Shown: positions 1 to 7,423 of the stretch, one piece after another | Layout of the letters: each line of letters begins with the position of its first letter | Numbering within the stretch: the first letter of the stretch is position 1 | Origin: a virus | Lineage: Duplodnaviria > Caudoviricetes | IMG/VR virus record: IMGVR_UViG_3300005805_000473 | Location: 1 to 24,519 of that record | Reading direction: 5' to 3' (one strand) | Length of the DNA: 24,519 nt | Program-made: the position numbers and the translations under genes | Notes under the pieces: generated by a model | The model's database searches: none | Seen by the model: the letters and a program-made list of their open reading frames with translations, nothing else | What the model was told of the DNA's origin: nothing

Positions 1-2
1 CT

Positions 3-149
3 GCCCTGAAGGACCATCCAGAAGCCTTCAGCCTGAAGTCACCATCAGCCATTGCCGACCTGAAGATTGAGGTGTCCGAAGACCTGATTGGCGTGAAGCA
101 GGCAGCGGCATCACTGGCGAAAGAGAAGGCCCAAAAGGCCCAAGACTAG
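3..149 (+). CDS. 3' end of a truncated CDS, possibly a DUF2800/Cas4-like phage nuclease C-terminus
   Basis: Open frame from the window edge (ALKDHPEAFSLKSPSAIADLKIEV...KAQD) ending TAG at 147-149. LKSPSAI resembles DUF2800 C-terminal motifs; the product call is weak. Confidence 0.5.
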   Translation, partial: ALKDHPEAFSLKSPSAIADLKIEVSEDLIGVKQAAASLAKEKAQKAQD

Positions 150-163
150 AATCCTCATTCCCC

Positions 164-200
164 AAAAGAAAACCCCGGCATGACGCGAATCATGCCGGGG
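164..200 (-). terminator. Hairpin with upstream A-tract; intrinsic terminator on the minus strand or RNA structure
   Basis: Perfect 11 bp stem CCCCGGCATGA (173-183) / TCATGCCGGGG (190-200), 6 nt loop, preceded by AAAAGAAAA, which is a U-tract on the minus strand. Confidence 0.55.
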
Positions 201-232
201 GAATTTGCAAAGAAATCAAGGAGAAGTTTGCG

Positions 233-2377
233 ATGAGTATTTTACCGGATCAACACGCATCCACGTTTGAGCAGTCCCAGGCCATTGCCCTCAAGCTAGG
301 CAACGCCTACCAAGCCGCTAGCTTCTGCACCTTCAGCCTCGACGGCTCCAAGAAACTCCCCTACAAGCGTGACGGCTCCATGGGCGTGGCCCGAGACACC
401 CCAGCCGACAACCTGTTCACCACCGAGGACATTTGGGCCATGGAGGCCATGCCCTCCGGCCAATACTTTGGCCTAGTCCTACAAAAGGCGGCAGCCATCC
501 CCGGTAAGGGCCACTTGGTGGTGCTGGACGTTGACCTCAAGCACAGCCAGACCACCACCAACATGGCGATTCAGAAGATGGCCCGGTGGGTCAAGGCCAA
601 CAAAGCCCTGACTGAAATCAGCGTCTCAGGCAAGGGCCGCCACATATTCCTGATCGCCAAAACGGCCGAGAACATCCTCCCCAAGTACAAGCTGGCAGCA
701 GGCCAAGAGATCGAGGTCTTTGGCCTCGACAACAGCGCAGGCAAGTCAGTGCTACTCAGTGGCTCTCAACTCACTGGCGACATCATCGAGGTGGATGACC
801 TGCACGCCCTGCTGACCGAGTGGGGCATCATTGAGCAGCACCAACTGAACCAGCCCAAGACAGCGCCACAAGCCCCCATCGACTTCAGCCCCATCCTCCA
901 GCCCCAAGACGATTACGCCCGTGCGGCCAATGCCCTCCAGTTCATCAGCCCTGACATTGAGTACGACCAATGGATTGAACTGGGCCAAGCCCTCCACACG
1001 GCCTTTGGCGGCCAAGGCAAGGACTTGTGGCAGCAGTGGTCATCATCTGGCTCCAAGTACCAAGGCGACAAGGACATCGACACCCACTGGAAGTCCTTTC
1101 ACCAAGGCAAAGGCGTGACCCTTGGCACGCTGTTTCACACGGCCAAGCAAAACGGCTGGGAGTCACCCACCAAAGCCACTGAGCGCAAATCAGCCGTGGA
1201 AGACTTCCAAAACATATTGAATCCAGTACCTGTTGCGACAGGCTCACCGGATGAGCCACTGCCATTGAACGCACTGCAAGGCTGGCCGGAACTCCAGTTG
1301 GACATCTCCAGCCTCAAGCCGATTGAATACTTGATCCAAGGCTTTTGGGCGCATTCCTTCTTTGTCTTGGCAGGGCAGCCAGGAGTTGGCAAGACCACGG
1401 CCATGATCGCCGCCTGCATGGTTATGGCCGGGTTCCAGATTGGTGATGCACCACTGACCGCCAAGACCCGCCGCAAGACCATATTCGTCACAGAAGACTC
1501 AGACCAGATCACCCGCACCCTGTTTGCCTATTCCAAGCACTTCCACATCGACCCCATGGAACTGCTGAACTGGTTTGTAGTGATTGATGCCAAGCGCTCG
1601 GATGTCAAGGATCTGCTCACGCTGGCCCATAACGTCATGCGCCACACGGTTGATGGCATCCGGCCACATTTGGTCCTAGACACGGCCAACAGCACCATGG
1701 CGATTGACAACGAGAACGACAATTCCGAGGTCGGCAGCTACCTCGCAGCCCTAAAGCAGACCATTTATGTCCAACTGCACACGCCCATCTCCATCCTGAC
1801 CCACACCAACAAGACTATTTCCCGCCAGGACTCAGATGCCATGGCCCGTGGAGCCAGTGCCTTCACAGGTGATGCAACGCTCACTGGCATCCTGTTTATG
1901 GACGAGGACAACACCCGTTACCTGAAGCTGACCAAAACCCGCTACGAGCCAGATTTCAGGGAAATCAGGTTCGACAGTCAGCTATTTCCCGAAATCGTGA
2001 TCGACCAGAACGGCGAGCCACAGACCATGTTGTGCCGCATCGCCATCCCGATGGCCTCCAGTGAGACTGACCGTAAACAACTCAACGCCTCTAAGCAAGA
2101 AGACAAGCGCCAGCAGCAGATCACTGATGCCGCCGATGCCGCCTGCAACTTTATCCAGACCCTGATCAATCAGCACCACAACGTCATCATGCGCAAAGGG
2201 CCAGGTCGCCCAAACGTGCCAAAAGAACTGTCAGATGCCTATCAATTGGAGTGGCAAGAGGTTTACCAGGCGGTGCCAAGTGCCGACCAGTCATATGCCA
2301 GAAAGGCTGTTGGGGCTGCCATATTCCAGCGGTTTGGCATTGCTCCAAGTGCCAGTGGTTGGGTCAGATTGGTCTAA
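233..2377 (+). CDS. Primase-polymerase / PriCT-2 / AAA (RepA-like) helicase fusion
   Basis: AEP-type motifs VVLDVD and SVSGKGRH; PriCT-2-like YDQWIELGQALH...WQQWSSSGSKY...HWKSF...TLGTLFHTAKQNGW; Walker A GQPGVGKT, Walker B LVLDT; SD AAGGAG upstream. Confidence 0.9.
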   Translation: MSILPDQHASTFEQSQAIALKLGNAYQAASFCTFSLDGSKKLPYKRDGSMGVARDTPADNLFTTEDIWAMEAMPSGQYFGLVLQKAAAIPGKGHLVVLDVDLKHSQTTTNMAIQKMARWVKANKALTEISVSGKGRHIFLIAKTAENILPKYKLAAGQEIEVFGLDNSAGKSVLLSGSQLTGDIIEVDDLHALLTEWGIIEQHQLNQPKTAPQAPIDFSPILQPQDDYARAANALQFISPDIEYDQWIELGQALHTAFGGQGKDLWQQWSSSGSKYQGDKDIDTHWKSFHQGKGVTLGTLFHTAKQNGWESPTKATERKSAVEDFQNILNPVPVATGSPDEPLPLNALQGWPELQLDISSLKPIEYLIQGFWAHSFFVLAGQPGVGKTTAMIAACMVMAGFQIGDAPLTAKTRRKTIFVTEDSDQITRTLFAYSKHFHIDPMELLNWFVVIDAKRSDVKDLLTLAHNVMRHTVDGIRPHLVLDTANSTMAIDNENDNSEVGSYLAALKQTIYVQLHTPISILTHTNKTISRQDSDAMARGASAFTGDATLTGILFMDEDNTRYLKLTKTRYEPDFREIRFDSQLFPEIVIDQNGEPQTMLCRIAIPMASSETDRKQLNASKQEDKRQQQITDAADAACNFIQTLINQHHNVIMRKGPGRPNVPKELSDAYQLEWQEVYQAVPSADQSYARKAVGAAIFQRFGIAPSASGWVRLV

Positions 2378-2555
2378 TCCGGTAATCCGGTAGTAATCCG
2401 GTAGTAATGCGGTATACCGGATTAGACAATGGCTGGGTCTGGGGATTAAGTGGGGGCTATTTGCCCCACTTATCCACAGGCCAGTCTCGGACAAATGCAT
2501 GGTTTTGGGGCTAATCCGGTAAGGCGGTAAATTCCTTTGGGGTCTACCGGATTAG
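2372..2555. repeat. Iteron-like TAATCCGGTA direct and inverted repeats; putative replication origin
   Basis: TAATCCGGTA at 2375, 2383, 2394, 2512; TAATGCGGTA at 2405; reverse complement TACCGGATTA at 2415 and 2545. Located immediately after the primase-helicase gene. Confidence 0.75.
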
Positions 2556-2630
2556 GAATACTCATAAGGTATACAGATTTTTGAGGGGTAAATTGATGAT
2601 GATTTCAGAGTTATCCACAGGTTATCCACA
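2470..2630 (+). promoter_or_regulatory. DnaA box cluster 1 (three perfect boxes)
   Basis: TTATCCACA at 2470-2478, 2611-2619 and 2622-2630. Confidence 0.8.
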
Positions 2631-2943
2631 GGCTGCAAACTGGGTCGAGGATGACCGCGTTTTGTGCCAAAACTGCGCTAATGCGGTAGAAGTCGATTGC
2701 AGGCAGTCAATGCCAGCAGAGCAGATGGAAAAGCACCGCAAAGTCAATGCGAGGCCGTTGCAATGGATGTTCGACAGCGCCAAGGTCAGGAACGGCTGGG
2801 CGACAGTCAAATGGAAGGAATGGCAGTGCCAAGCAACTGGCATGGCCGCCATGCCCATGGATCTCAAGCACCGCTGCCATTTGTATTGCAAGGCAACAGC
2901 CAAGCCATCATCGGTAGAATCCGACTCATGGTGGCAAGACTGA
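2596..2943 (+). CDS. Hypothetical Cys-rich, putative Zn-binding protein
   Basis: ATG at 2596 with SD GAGGGG; CQNC...C...HRCHLYC pattern. Confidence 0.65.
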   Translation: MMISELSTGYPQAANWVEDDRVLCQNCANAVEVDCRQSMPAEQMEKHRKVNARPLQWMFDSAKVRNGWATVKWKEWQCQATGMAAMPMDLKHRCHLYCKATAKPSSVESDSWWQD

Positions 2944-3305
2944 GAAAAAGCATCGAACACACTGAGCAGGTCAAACTGGTGCAGCGGGTCCGAGCGTTTT
3001 ATCCAGATGCCATCATTGCGGCAATACCGAATGGAGGCGATAGAACGGCTTCAGAGCGCGTTAGGCTGCATGGTGAGGGGGTACTGGCTGGAATGCCTGA
3101 TCTGTGCATCCTAGAGGCTTGTGGAGGGTTTCACGGGCTGTTTGTGGAGATGAAGACGGCCACAGGGCAGCAGAGCAAAGAGCAGAAGGCTTTGCAGTTG
3201 CAATTAAACAACAGGGGATACCTCTGCACGGTCGCCAGATCGGCAGCAGAAGGGTTTGAAATGATTAAGGAGTATCTGAATGGCAAGCGCAAACACACTG
3301 TCTGA
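2928..3305 (+). CDS. VRR-NUC (PD-(D/E)XK) nuclease / Holliday junction resolvase-like
   Basis: IPNGG...GVLAGMPDL...LFVEMKT...SKEQK motifs; start reassigned to ATG 2928 within ORF 2697-3305. Confidence 0.88.
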   Translation: MVARLRKSIEHTEQVKLVQRVRAFYPDAIIAAIPNGGDRTASERVRLHGEGVLAGMPDLCILEACGGFHGLFVEMKTATGQQSKEQKALQLQLNNRGYLCTVARSAAEGFEMIKEYLNGKRKHTV

Positions 3306-3774
3306 AGTGGCTGACAACATTGCCGCCAGGCAGATGAATCAACGCGAGATGGCAACCGTTGATCGCCAAGAGATGAGCGCCATCAATAAAAAGATCCACG
3401 CCTTTGGCGGTGAAGCTATGCTCTTTGACCATATTGCACAAGGTAAGACCGTGGATTCGATGATTAAGGCGCTCGGGGTGAGCATTGGCGGCTTTTACAA
3501 ATGGGTTGATAGGGATGCAAAGCGGGGAGAGCTTCTCGCTCGCGCACGCACGCGAGGTGGGCAGAGTTTAGCCGAGCAGACGCTGGAGATCGCCGACAGC
3601 GCGACCCCGCAAGAGGCGCAGGTCGCCAAGCTGCGCGTCGATACGAGGCGCTGGCTGGCCTCCAAGATGAACGATGACTACGGCGACAAGCAGCAGCCGC
3701 TGGTCAACATCGACTTGGGCAGCATGGCGCTCGATGCACTGCGCAAACGCAGCATTACGCATACCGAAGACTGA
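3280..3774 (+). CDS. terS: Terminase small subunit (Sf6-like)
   Basis: N-terminal HTH-like segment (FYKWV) and LEIADS...AKLRVDTRRWLASKM..DYGDK signature. Confidence 0.85.
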   Translation: MASANTLSEVADNIAARQMNQREMATVDRQEMSAINKKIHAFGGEAMLFDHIAQGKTVDSMIKALGVSIGGFYKWVDRDAKRGELLARARTRGGQSLAEQTLEIADSATPQEAQVAKLRVDTRRWLASKMNDDYGDKQQPLVNIDLGSMALDALRKRSITHTED

Positions 3775-3778
3775 CGTC

Positions 3779-3806
3779 ACTTCATACAACGTCCATTATG
3801 TTAAGT
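3779..3806 (+). other. XerC/XerD recombination site (dif/psi/cer-like)
   Basis: ACTTCATACAA-CGTCCA-TTATGTTAAGT in 11-6-11 layout. The right arm has one mismatch to the E. coli dif XerD arm TTATGTTAAAT; the left arm ends TACAA as in cer. Confidence 0.8.
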
Positions 3807-3816
3807 CGATGCTGAG

Positions 3817-3905
3817 ATATCCACAGATTTATGGATACGTTTGGTATAGGTTTGTAGTTATCCACAGAAATCTGTGGATAACTGTGGACAAAACCCTGTG
3901 GACAG
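3817..3905. promoter_or_regulatory. DnaA box cluster 2
   Basis: ATATCCACA 3817, TATGGATAC 3830, TTATCCACA 3858, TGTGGATAA 3873, TGTGGACAA 3883, TGTGGACAG 3897. Boxes at 3858 and 3873 form a 13 bp inverted repeat (3856-3883). Confidence 0.8.
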
Positions 3906-3907
3906 GT

Positions 3908-4024
3908 CGGCCAGCGCCAGCCGACTGGCCGCCGCGACCCCCCCATCGGGCGGCGCGGCGGGGGCGCGGCTGTGGCGGTGCCTGACCTCTATCTACATAC
4001 CCTGCTCAAAAAAAATTTTTTAAA
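3908..4024. other. GC-rich hairpins followed by an A8-T6 tract; possible packaging or terminus signal
   Basis: CGGCCAG/CTGGCCG (3908-3931); GCCGCG-A-C7...G5-CGCGGC (3931-3970); AAAAAAAATTTTTT (4008-4021). Function is inferred. Confidence 0.4.
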
Positions 4025-4100
4025 GTAATGTCGTAAATAGGCAACATCCACTCACAATAGTTGCGCTAAACTGCAATTCCTATCAACCAGGAGTTAAACG

Positions 4101-4265
4101 ATGAACACGACATATCTGATCAAGGTGAGGGCCATGTACCCGAATAGTCGGCACAACCAGAGGCAGTGGGTTAAGAGCATTCGCCATTTGGGCAGCCGCT
4201 GGCTGGTGGCGCAGCCGCAGCCGCATGACAAGCTGCGTGAGCAGGCAGCGGGGCGGTGTGTATGA
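4101..4265 (+). CDS. Small hypothetical protein (54 aa), not in the ORF track
   Basis: SD AGGAG at 4089-4094 region; MNTTYLIKVRAMYPNSRHNQRQWVKSIRHLGSRWLVAQP...; ATGA overlap with the next gene. Confidence 0.75.
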   Translation: MNTTYLIKVRAMYPNSRHNQRQWVKSIRHLGSRWLVAQPQPHDKLREQAAGRCV

Positions 4266-4426
4266 ACTGCTGCGACGACTATGGCAACTGCCGACAGGGC
4301 CGGGACTGCCCGATCCGCAAGGAGATGGAGGCCGAGCCAACCCCTGCTGACGGGCAGTTGATTTGGATACTGTGGGCCTTCATCGTGCTGATGCTGGGGC
4401 TGTTGACACTGAGGAGTTGTTTATGA
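4262..4426 (+). CDS. Small Cys-rich membrane protein (54 aa), not in the ORF track
   Basis: MNCCDDYGNCRQGRDCPIR... with a C-terminal hydrophobic helix LIWILWAFIVLMLGLLTL; ATGA overlaps at both ends. Confidence 0.75.
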   Translation: MNCCDDYGNCRQGRDCPIRKEMEAEPTPADGQLIWILWAFIVLMLGLLTLRSCL

Positions 4427-4992
4427 CCAAAGACAAAGCATTGGACTTGGCGCTGGAGGCGTTGGAGAAAATTTTCAGAACCTACTATCACATTGAAACA
4501 CCACCGATTGAAAGTCTTGAGGAGAAGATGCGGCGCATTGCTGACAAAGCCATCACCGCCATCAAGCAAGCCGTTGCCCTCGACAAGAAGGCAAAGGAAC
4601 ACATGATCTACAGAACCTTTGAACAGTGGAAAAGTGGCAATGTGCTGGAGCATGGCATTCCACGCACCGAGTATTACAGCGAAGACCAACTCGATCTGGT
4701 TGAGATGGGTTGGAACTATGGCTACGATGCTGGCCGCGCAGTGGAGCAAGCCCTCGACAAGATGGCAGAGAACGCCAGAGAGTTGGGGTTGGACTATGAG
4801 CCCGCTGATAGCACTCAGGTGTCAAAGGTCTGGTGGGATGGCGAGAAGCTGATGGCTAAACCGATCCCGCGTGAGGACTTTTACCAGCCAGCCGTGCCTG
4901 ATGCCTTTGGAACCCGTGAAGGTGAGCATCCCCAGTACATCGAAGGCTGGAACGATTGCAGGGCAGAGATGCTGAAAGGAATGAAACCATGA
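4423..4992 (+). CDS. Hypothetical mosaic phage protein
   Basis: Start MTKDKALDLALEALE with SD GAGGAG and ATGA overlap; ends GWNDCRAEML, a common phage accessory motif. Confidence 0.75.
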   Translation: MTKDKALDLALEALEKIFRTYYHIETPPIESLEEKMRRIADKAITAIKQAVALDKKAKEHMIYRTFEQWKSGNVLEHGIPRTEYYSEDQLDLVEMGWNYGYDAGRAVEQALDKMAENARELGLDYEPADSTQVSKVWWDGEKLMAKPIPREDFYQPAVPDAFGTREGEHPQYIEGWNDCRAEMLKGMKP

Positions 4993-5207
4993 ACGAAGCA
5001 GCAAAAATATGGATGGCTACAAGGCGGTCAGCCTTTGACTCTAAACATTCTGTTTACGGCAGAAGCACGTCCGTTGAGATCGGAACGTACAAGTGTGAAA
5101 TCTGCGAAACAACAACGACCATCATGTCGATTGATGGGTCAGGCGGTGAGTACGGTTCGTTTGACTGCTGCAAACCTTGTTTTGACAAACTGTGGGAGAA
5201 GCCATGA
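4989..5207 (+). CDS. Small putative zinc-ribbon protein
   Basis: CEIC...CCKPC; ATGA overlaps on both sides. Confidence 0.65.
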   Translation: MNEAAKIWMATRRSAFDSKHSVYGRSTSVEIGTYKCEICETTTTIMSIDGSGGEYGSFDCCKPCFDKLWEKP

Positions 5208-5506
5208 CCCCAGTCAGACAGCAAAAGGTGCGCAAGCTGCTGCGAGAGCATCCTGGTGGTATGACCCCGATGGAAATTTCAGGGATTACGGGGATGCACG
5301 TTGCCAATGTCAGAACGGCACTGAGGGCCATGCCGGATGTGTATGTGGACCGCTGGAGGATGGGCAAGCGTGGGCAGTATGAGAAGGTGTGGATTGCTGT
5401 CCATGTGCCCGAGGACTGTCCGCATCCCAAAGACCGCCTCAAATGGGGTGCGCACTACACAAAGCCAAAGACCCAGTGGGTCATTACTGAAGGAGCAAGA
5501 GCATGA
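5204..5506 (+). CDS. Putative winged-helix/HTH DNA-binding protein
   Basis: LLREHPGGMTPMEISGITGMHVANVRTAL HTH-like pattern; ATGA overlaps. Confidence 0.65.
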   Translation: MTPVRQQKVRKLLREHPGGMTPMEISGITGMHVANVRTALRAMPDVYVDRWRMGKRGQYEKVWIAVHVPEDCPHPKDRLKWGAHYTKPKTQWVITEGARA

Positions 5507-5793
5507 GTCAGGAAAAATTTAGGCCGCAGGGTATGAGCATTGAGATGCTGGACGCTGGTGCGAACGGCCTCACCGCGGATGACATCCAAGTCAGCGGCAG
5601 TCATTACAAGGACATGCCGATGCAGCCGTGGCATGTGATGGAGGCGGTGCTGACCGCCGAGGAGTTCAAGGGGTTCCTCAAGGGCAACATCATCAAGTAC
5701 AGCATGAGGGCTGGCCGCAAAGATGGGACGGATGACGCTGGCAAGGCCAGGCACTACGCCCAGAAGCTGCAAGAGGTGCAGGGCAAGGCATAA
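5503..5793 (+). CDS. DUF3310 family protein (T7 gp1.7-like)
   Basis: QVSGSHYK...EEFKGFLKGNIIKYSMRAGRK...DAGKARHY signature. Confidence 0.85.
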   Translation: MSQEKFRPQGMSIEMLDAGANGLTADDIQVSGSHYKDMPMQPWHVMEAVLTAEEFKGFLKGNIIKYSMRAGRKDGTDDAGKARHYAQKLQEVQGKA

Positions 5794-5802
5794 TTGCCAA
5801 CT

Positions 5803-7212
5803 ATGGCAAATGACAACGTATTCAAGCAGTGGGTGGACAGGTATCACCCTGACCCGGTGCTGTTTGTGCAGGAGGTGCTGGGGGTTGACCCTGACCCCTG
5901 GCAGATTGAGTTCTTGAAGGCAATTGCCCGAGGTGATCGCAAGATCTCGGTGAGGTCCGGCCACGGGGTGGGCAAGAGTACGGCATCCTCATGGGCCATG
6001 CTGTGGTACTTCATGACCCGCAGCCCGGTGAAGGTGGTGGTGACTGCGCCGACATCCAGTCAGCTTTACGACGCGATGTTTGCGGAATTGAAGCGCTGGA
6101 TCAACGCGATGCCGCTGCCGCTCCAAGGGCTGCTCACGGTCAAGCAGGAGCGGATTGAGTTCAACGCTGCGCCCACTGAGATGTTTATCTCGGCGCGGAC
6201 ATCACGGGCAGAGCAACCAGAAGCCTTGCAGGGGATTCACTCCGAGAATGTGATGCTGGTGGCCGACGAGGCCAGCGGTGTGCCAGAGCAGGTGTTTGAG
6301 GCGGCGGCAGGGTCCATGTCCGGCCACAACGCTGTCACGCTGCTGCTGGGCAACCCGGTGAGAAGCAGCGGGTTTTTCTACGACACGCACACGCGCCTGG
6401 CCGACGAGTGGACCACGTTTCAGGTGTCGTGCCTGGACTCGCCACGGGTGAGCGACGAGTACGTCAAAGAGATGCAGATGCGCTACGGCGAGGAGAGCAA
6501 CGTCTACCGCATCCGAGTGGTGGGCGAGTTCCCCAAGGGCGATGACGACACGGTGATTGCAATGGACTTGCTGGAGCAGGCGGTCACCCGCGATGTGGCC
6601 CCCAGCCAACACGCACCCGTGGTGTGGGGCTTGGATGTGGCGCGGTTCGGCAGTGACCGCAGCGCGCTGTGCAAGCGCCAGGGCAATGCAATGACCGAGG
6701 CGGTGCGGACTTGGAAGAATCTGGACCTGATGCAACTGACGGGTGCGGTGGTGGCCGAGTACAACGCGCTGCCGCCCAGCCAGCAACCCAGAGAGATTCT
6801 GGTGGACAGCATCGGCCTTGGGGCTGGGGTGGTGGACCGCCTCAGAGAATTGAACCTGCCAGCCCGAGGCATCAACGTGGCCGAAAGCCCTGCGCTGGGC
6901 GGGACGTACAGGAATTTGAAGGCTGAACTGTGGTACAGGGCCAGAGCGTGGCTGGAGGCGCGGGACTGCAAGATGGCAAAGGACGAGGTGCTGATTGCTG
7001 AACTGGCGACGGTGCGCTACAGTTTTACGAGCAACGGCAAGATTCAGATTGAGGGCAAGGACGAGATCCGGCGGCGGGGACTGCCTAGTCCCGACAAGGC
7101 CGATGCGTTTGTGCTGACCTTTGCAAGTGACGCGATTGCGGGGATGTACGGCTCGGCGGGGAGCAACAAGTGGAGCCAGCCGCTGCGCCGAAACCTGTCG
7201 CGGGTTGCATAA
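5803..7212 (+). CDS. terL: Terminase large subunit
   Basis: PWQ adenine-binding motif, Walker A SGHGVGKS, Walker B LVADEASG, coupling motif GNP, nuclease GLDVARFGSD...SPDKADA. Confidence 0.95.
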   Translation: MANDNVFKQWVDRYHPDPVLFVQEVLGVDPDPWQIEFLKAIARGDRKISVRSGHGVGKSTASSWAMLWYFMTRSPVKVVVTAPTSSQLYDAMFAELKRWINAMPLPLQGLLTVKQERIEFNAAPTEMFISARTSRAEQPEALQGIHSENVMLVADEASGVPEQVFEAAAGSMSGHNAVTLLLGNPVRSSGFFYDTHTRLADEWTTFQVSCLDSPRVSDEYVKEMQMRYGEESNVYRIRVVGEFPKGDDDTVIAMDLLEQAVTRDVAPSQHAPVVWGLDVARFGSDRSALCKRQGNAMTEAVRTWKNLDLMQLTGAVVAEYNALPPSQQPREILVDSIGLGAGVVDRLRELNLPARGINVAESPALGGTYRNLKAELWYRARAWLEARDCKMAKDEVLIAELATVRYSFTSNGKIQIEGKDEIRRRGLPSPDKADAFVLTFASDAIAGMYGSAGSNKWSQPLRRNLSRVA

Positions 7213-7237
7213 TCTGGGCTAACCAACTGGAGGTTCT

Positions 7238-7423
7238 ATGCCGATGAACAAAGCCGCCAAGAAAATTGGCAAGGTCATGTCAGAGTACAAGGCTGGCAAG
7301 CTGCACAGCGGCGGCACTGGCAAGGTGGTGAAAAACCCCAAGCAGGCGGTCGCCATTGCCATGAGTGAAGCCAAGATGCCCATGCGCGGCCAGCGCACAG
7401 CAACAAACAGGAGCAAGAAGTAA
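7238..7423 (+). CDS. Small basic protein, DUF6496-like
   Basis: KVMSEYKAGKLHSG...VKNPKQAVAIAMSEA; SD GGAGG. Confidence 0.75.
   Translation: MPMNKAAKKIGKVMSEYKAGKLHSGGTGKVVKNPKQAVAIAMSEAKMPMRGQRTATNRSKK

Noticed and set aside
2372-2427. Short repeats as a possible CRISPR array
   Set aside because: Repeats are 10 bp, adjacent or overlapping, with no unique spacers and no cas genes.
2697-2927. N-terminal extension of the VRR-NUC ORF
   Set aside because: Overlaps the Cys-rich gene; ATG 2928 gives a normal-sized VRR-NUC protein.
3870-3906. CTGT...ACAG as a LexA box
   Set aside because: No CTGT-N8-ACAG spacing; the motifs are explained by DnaA boxes.
3674-3985. 103-aa plus-strand ORF over the Xer/DnaA region
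   Set aside because: Overlaps terS out of frame and translates DNA motifs and GC hairpins; better explained as non-coding.
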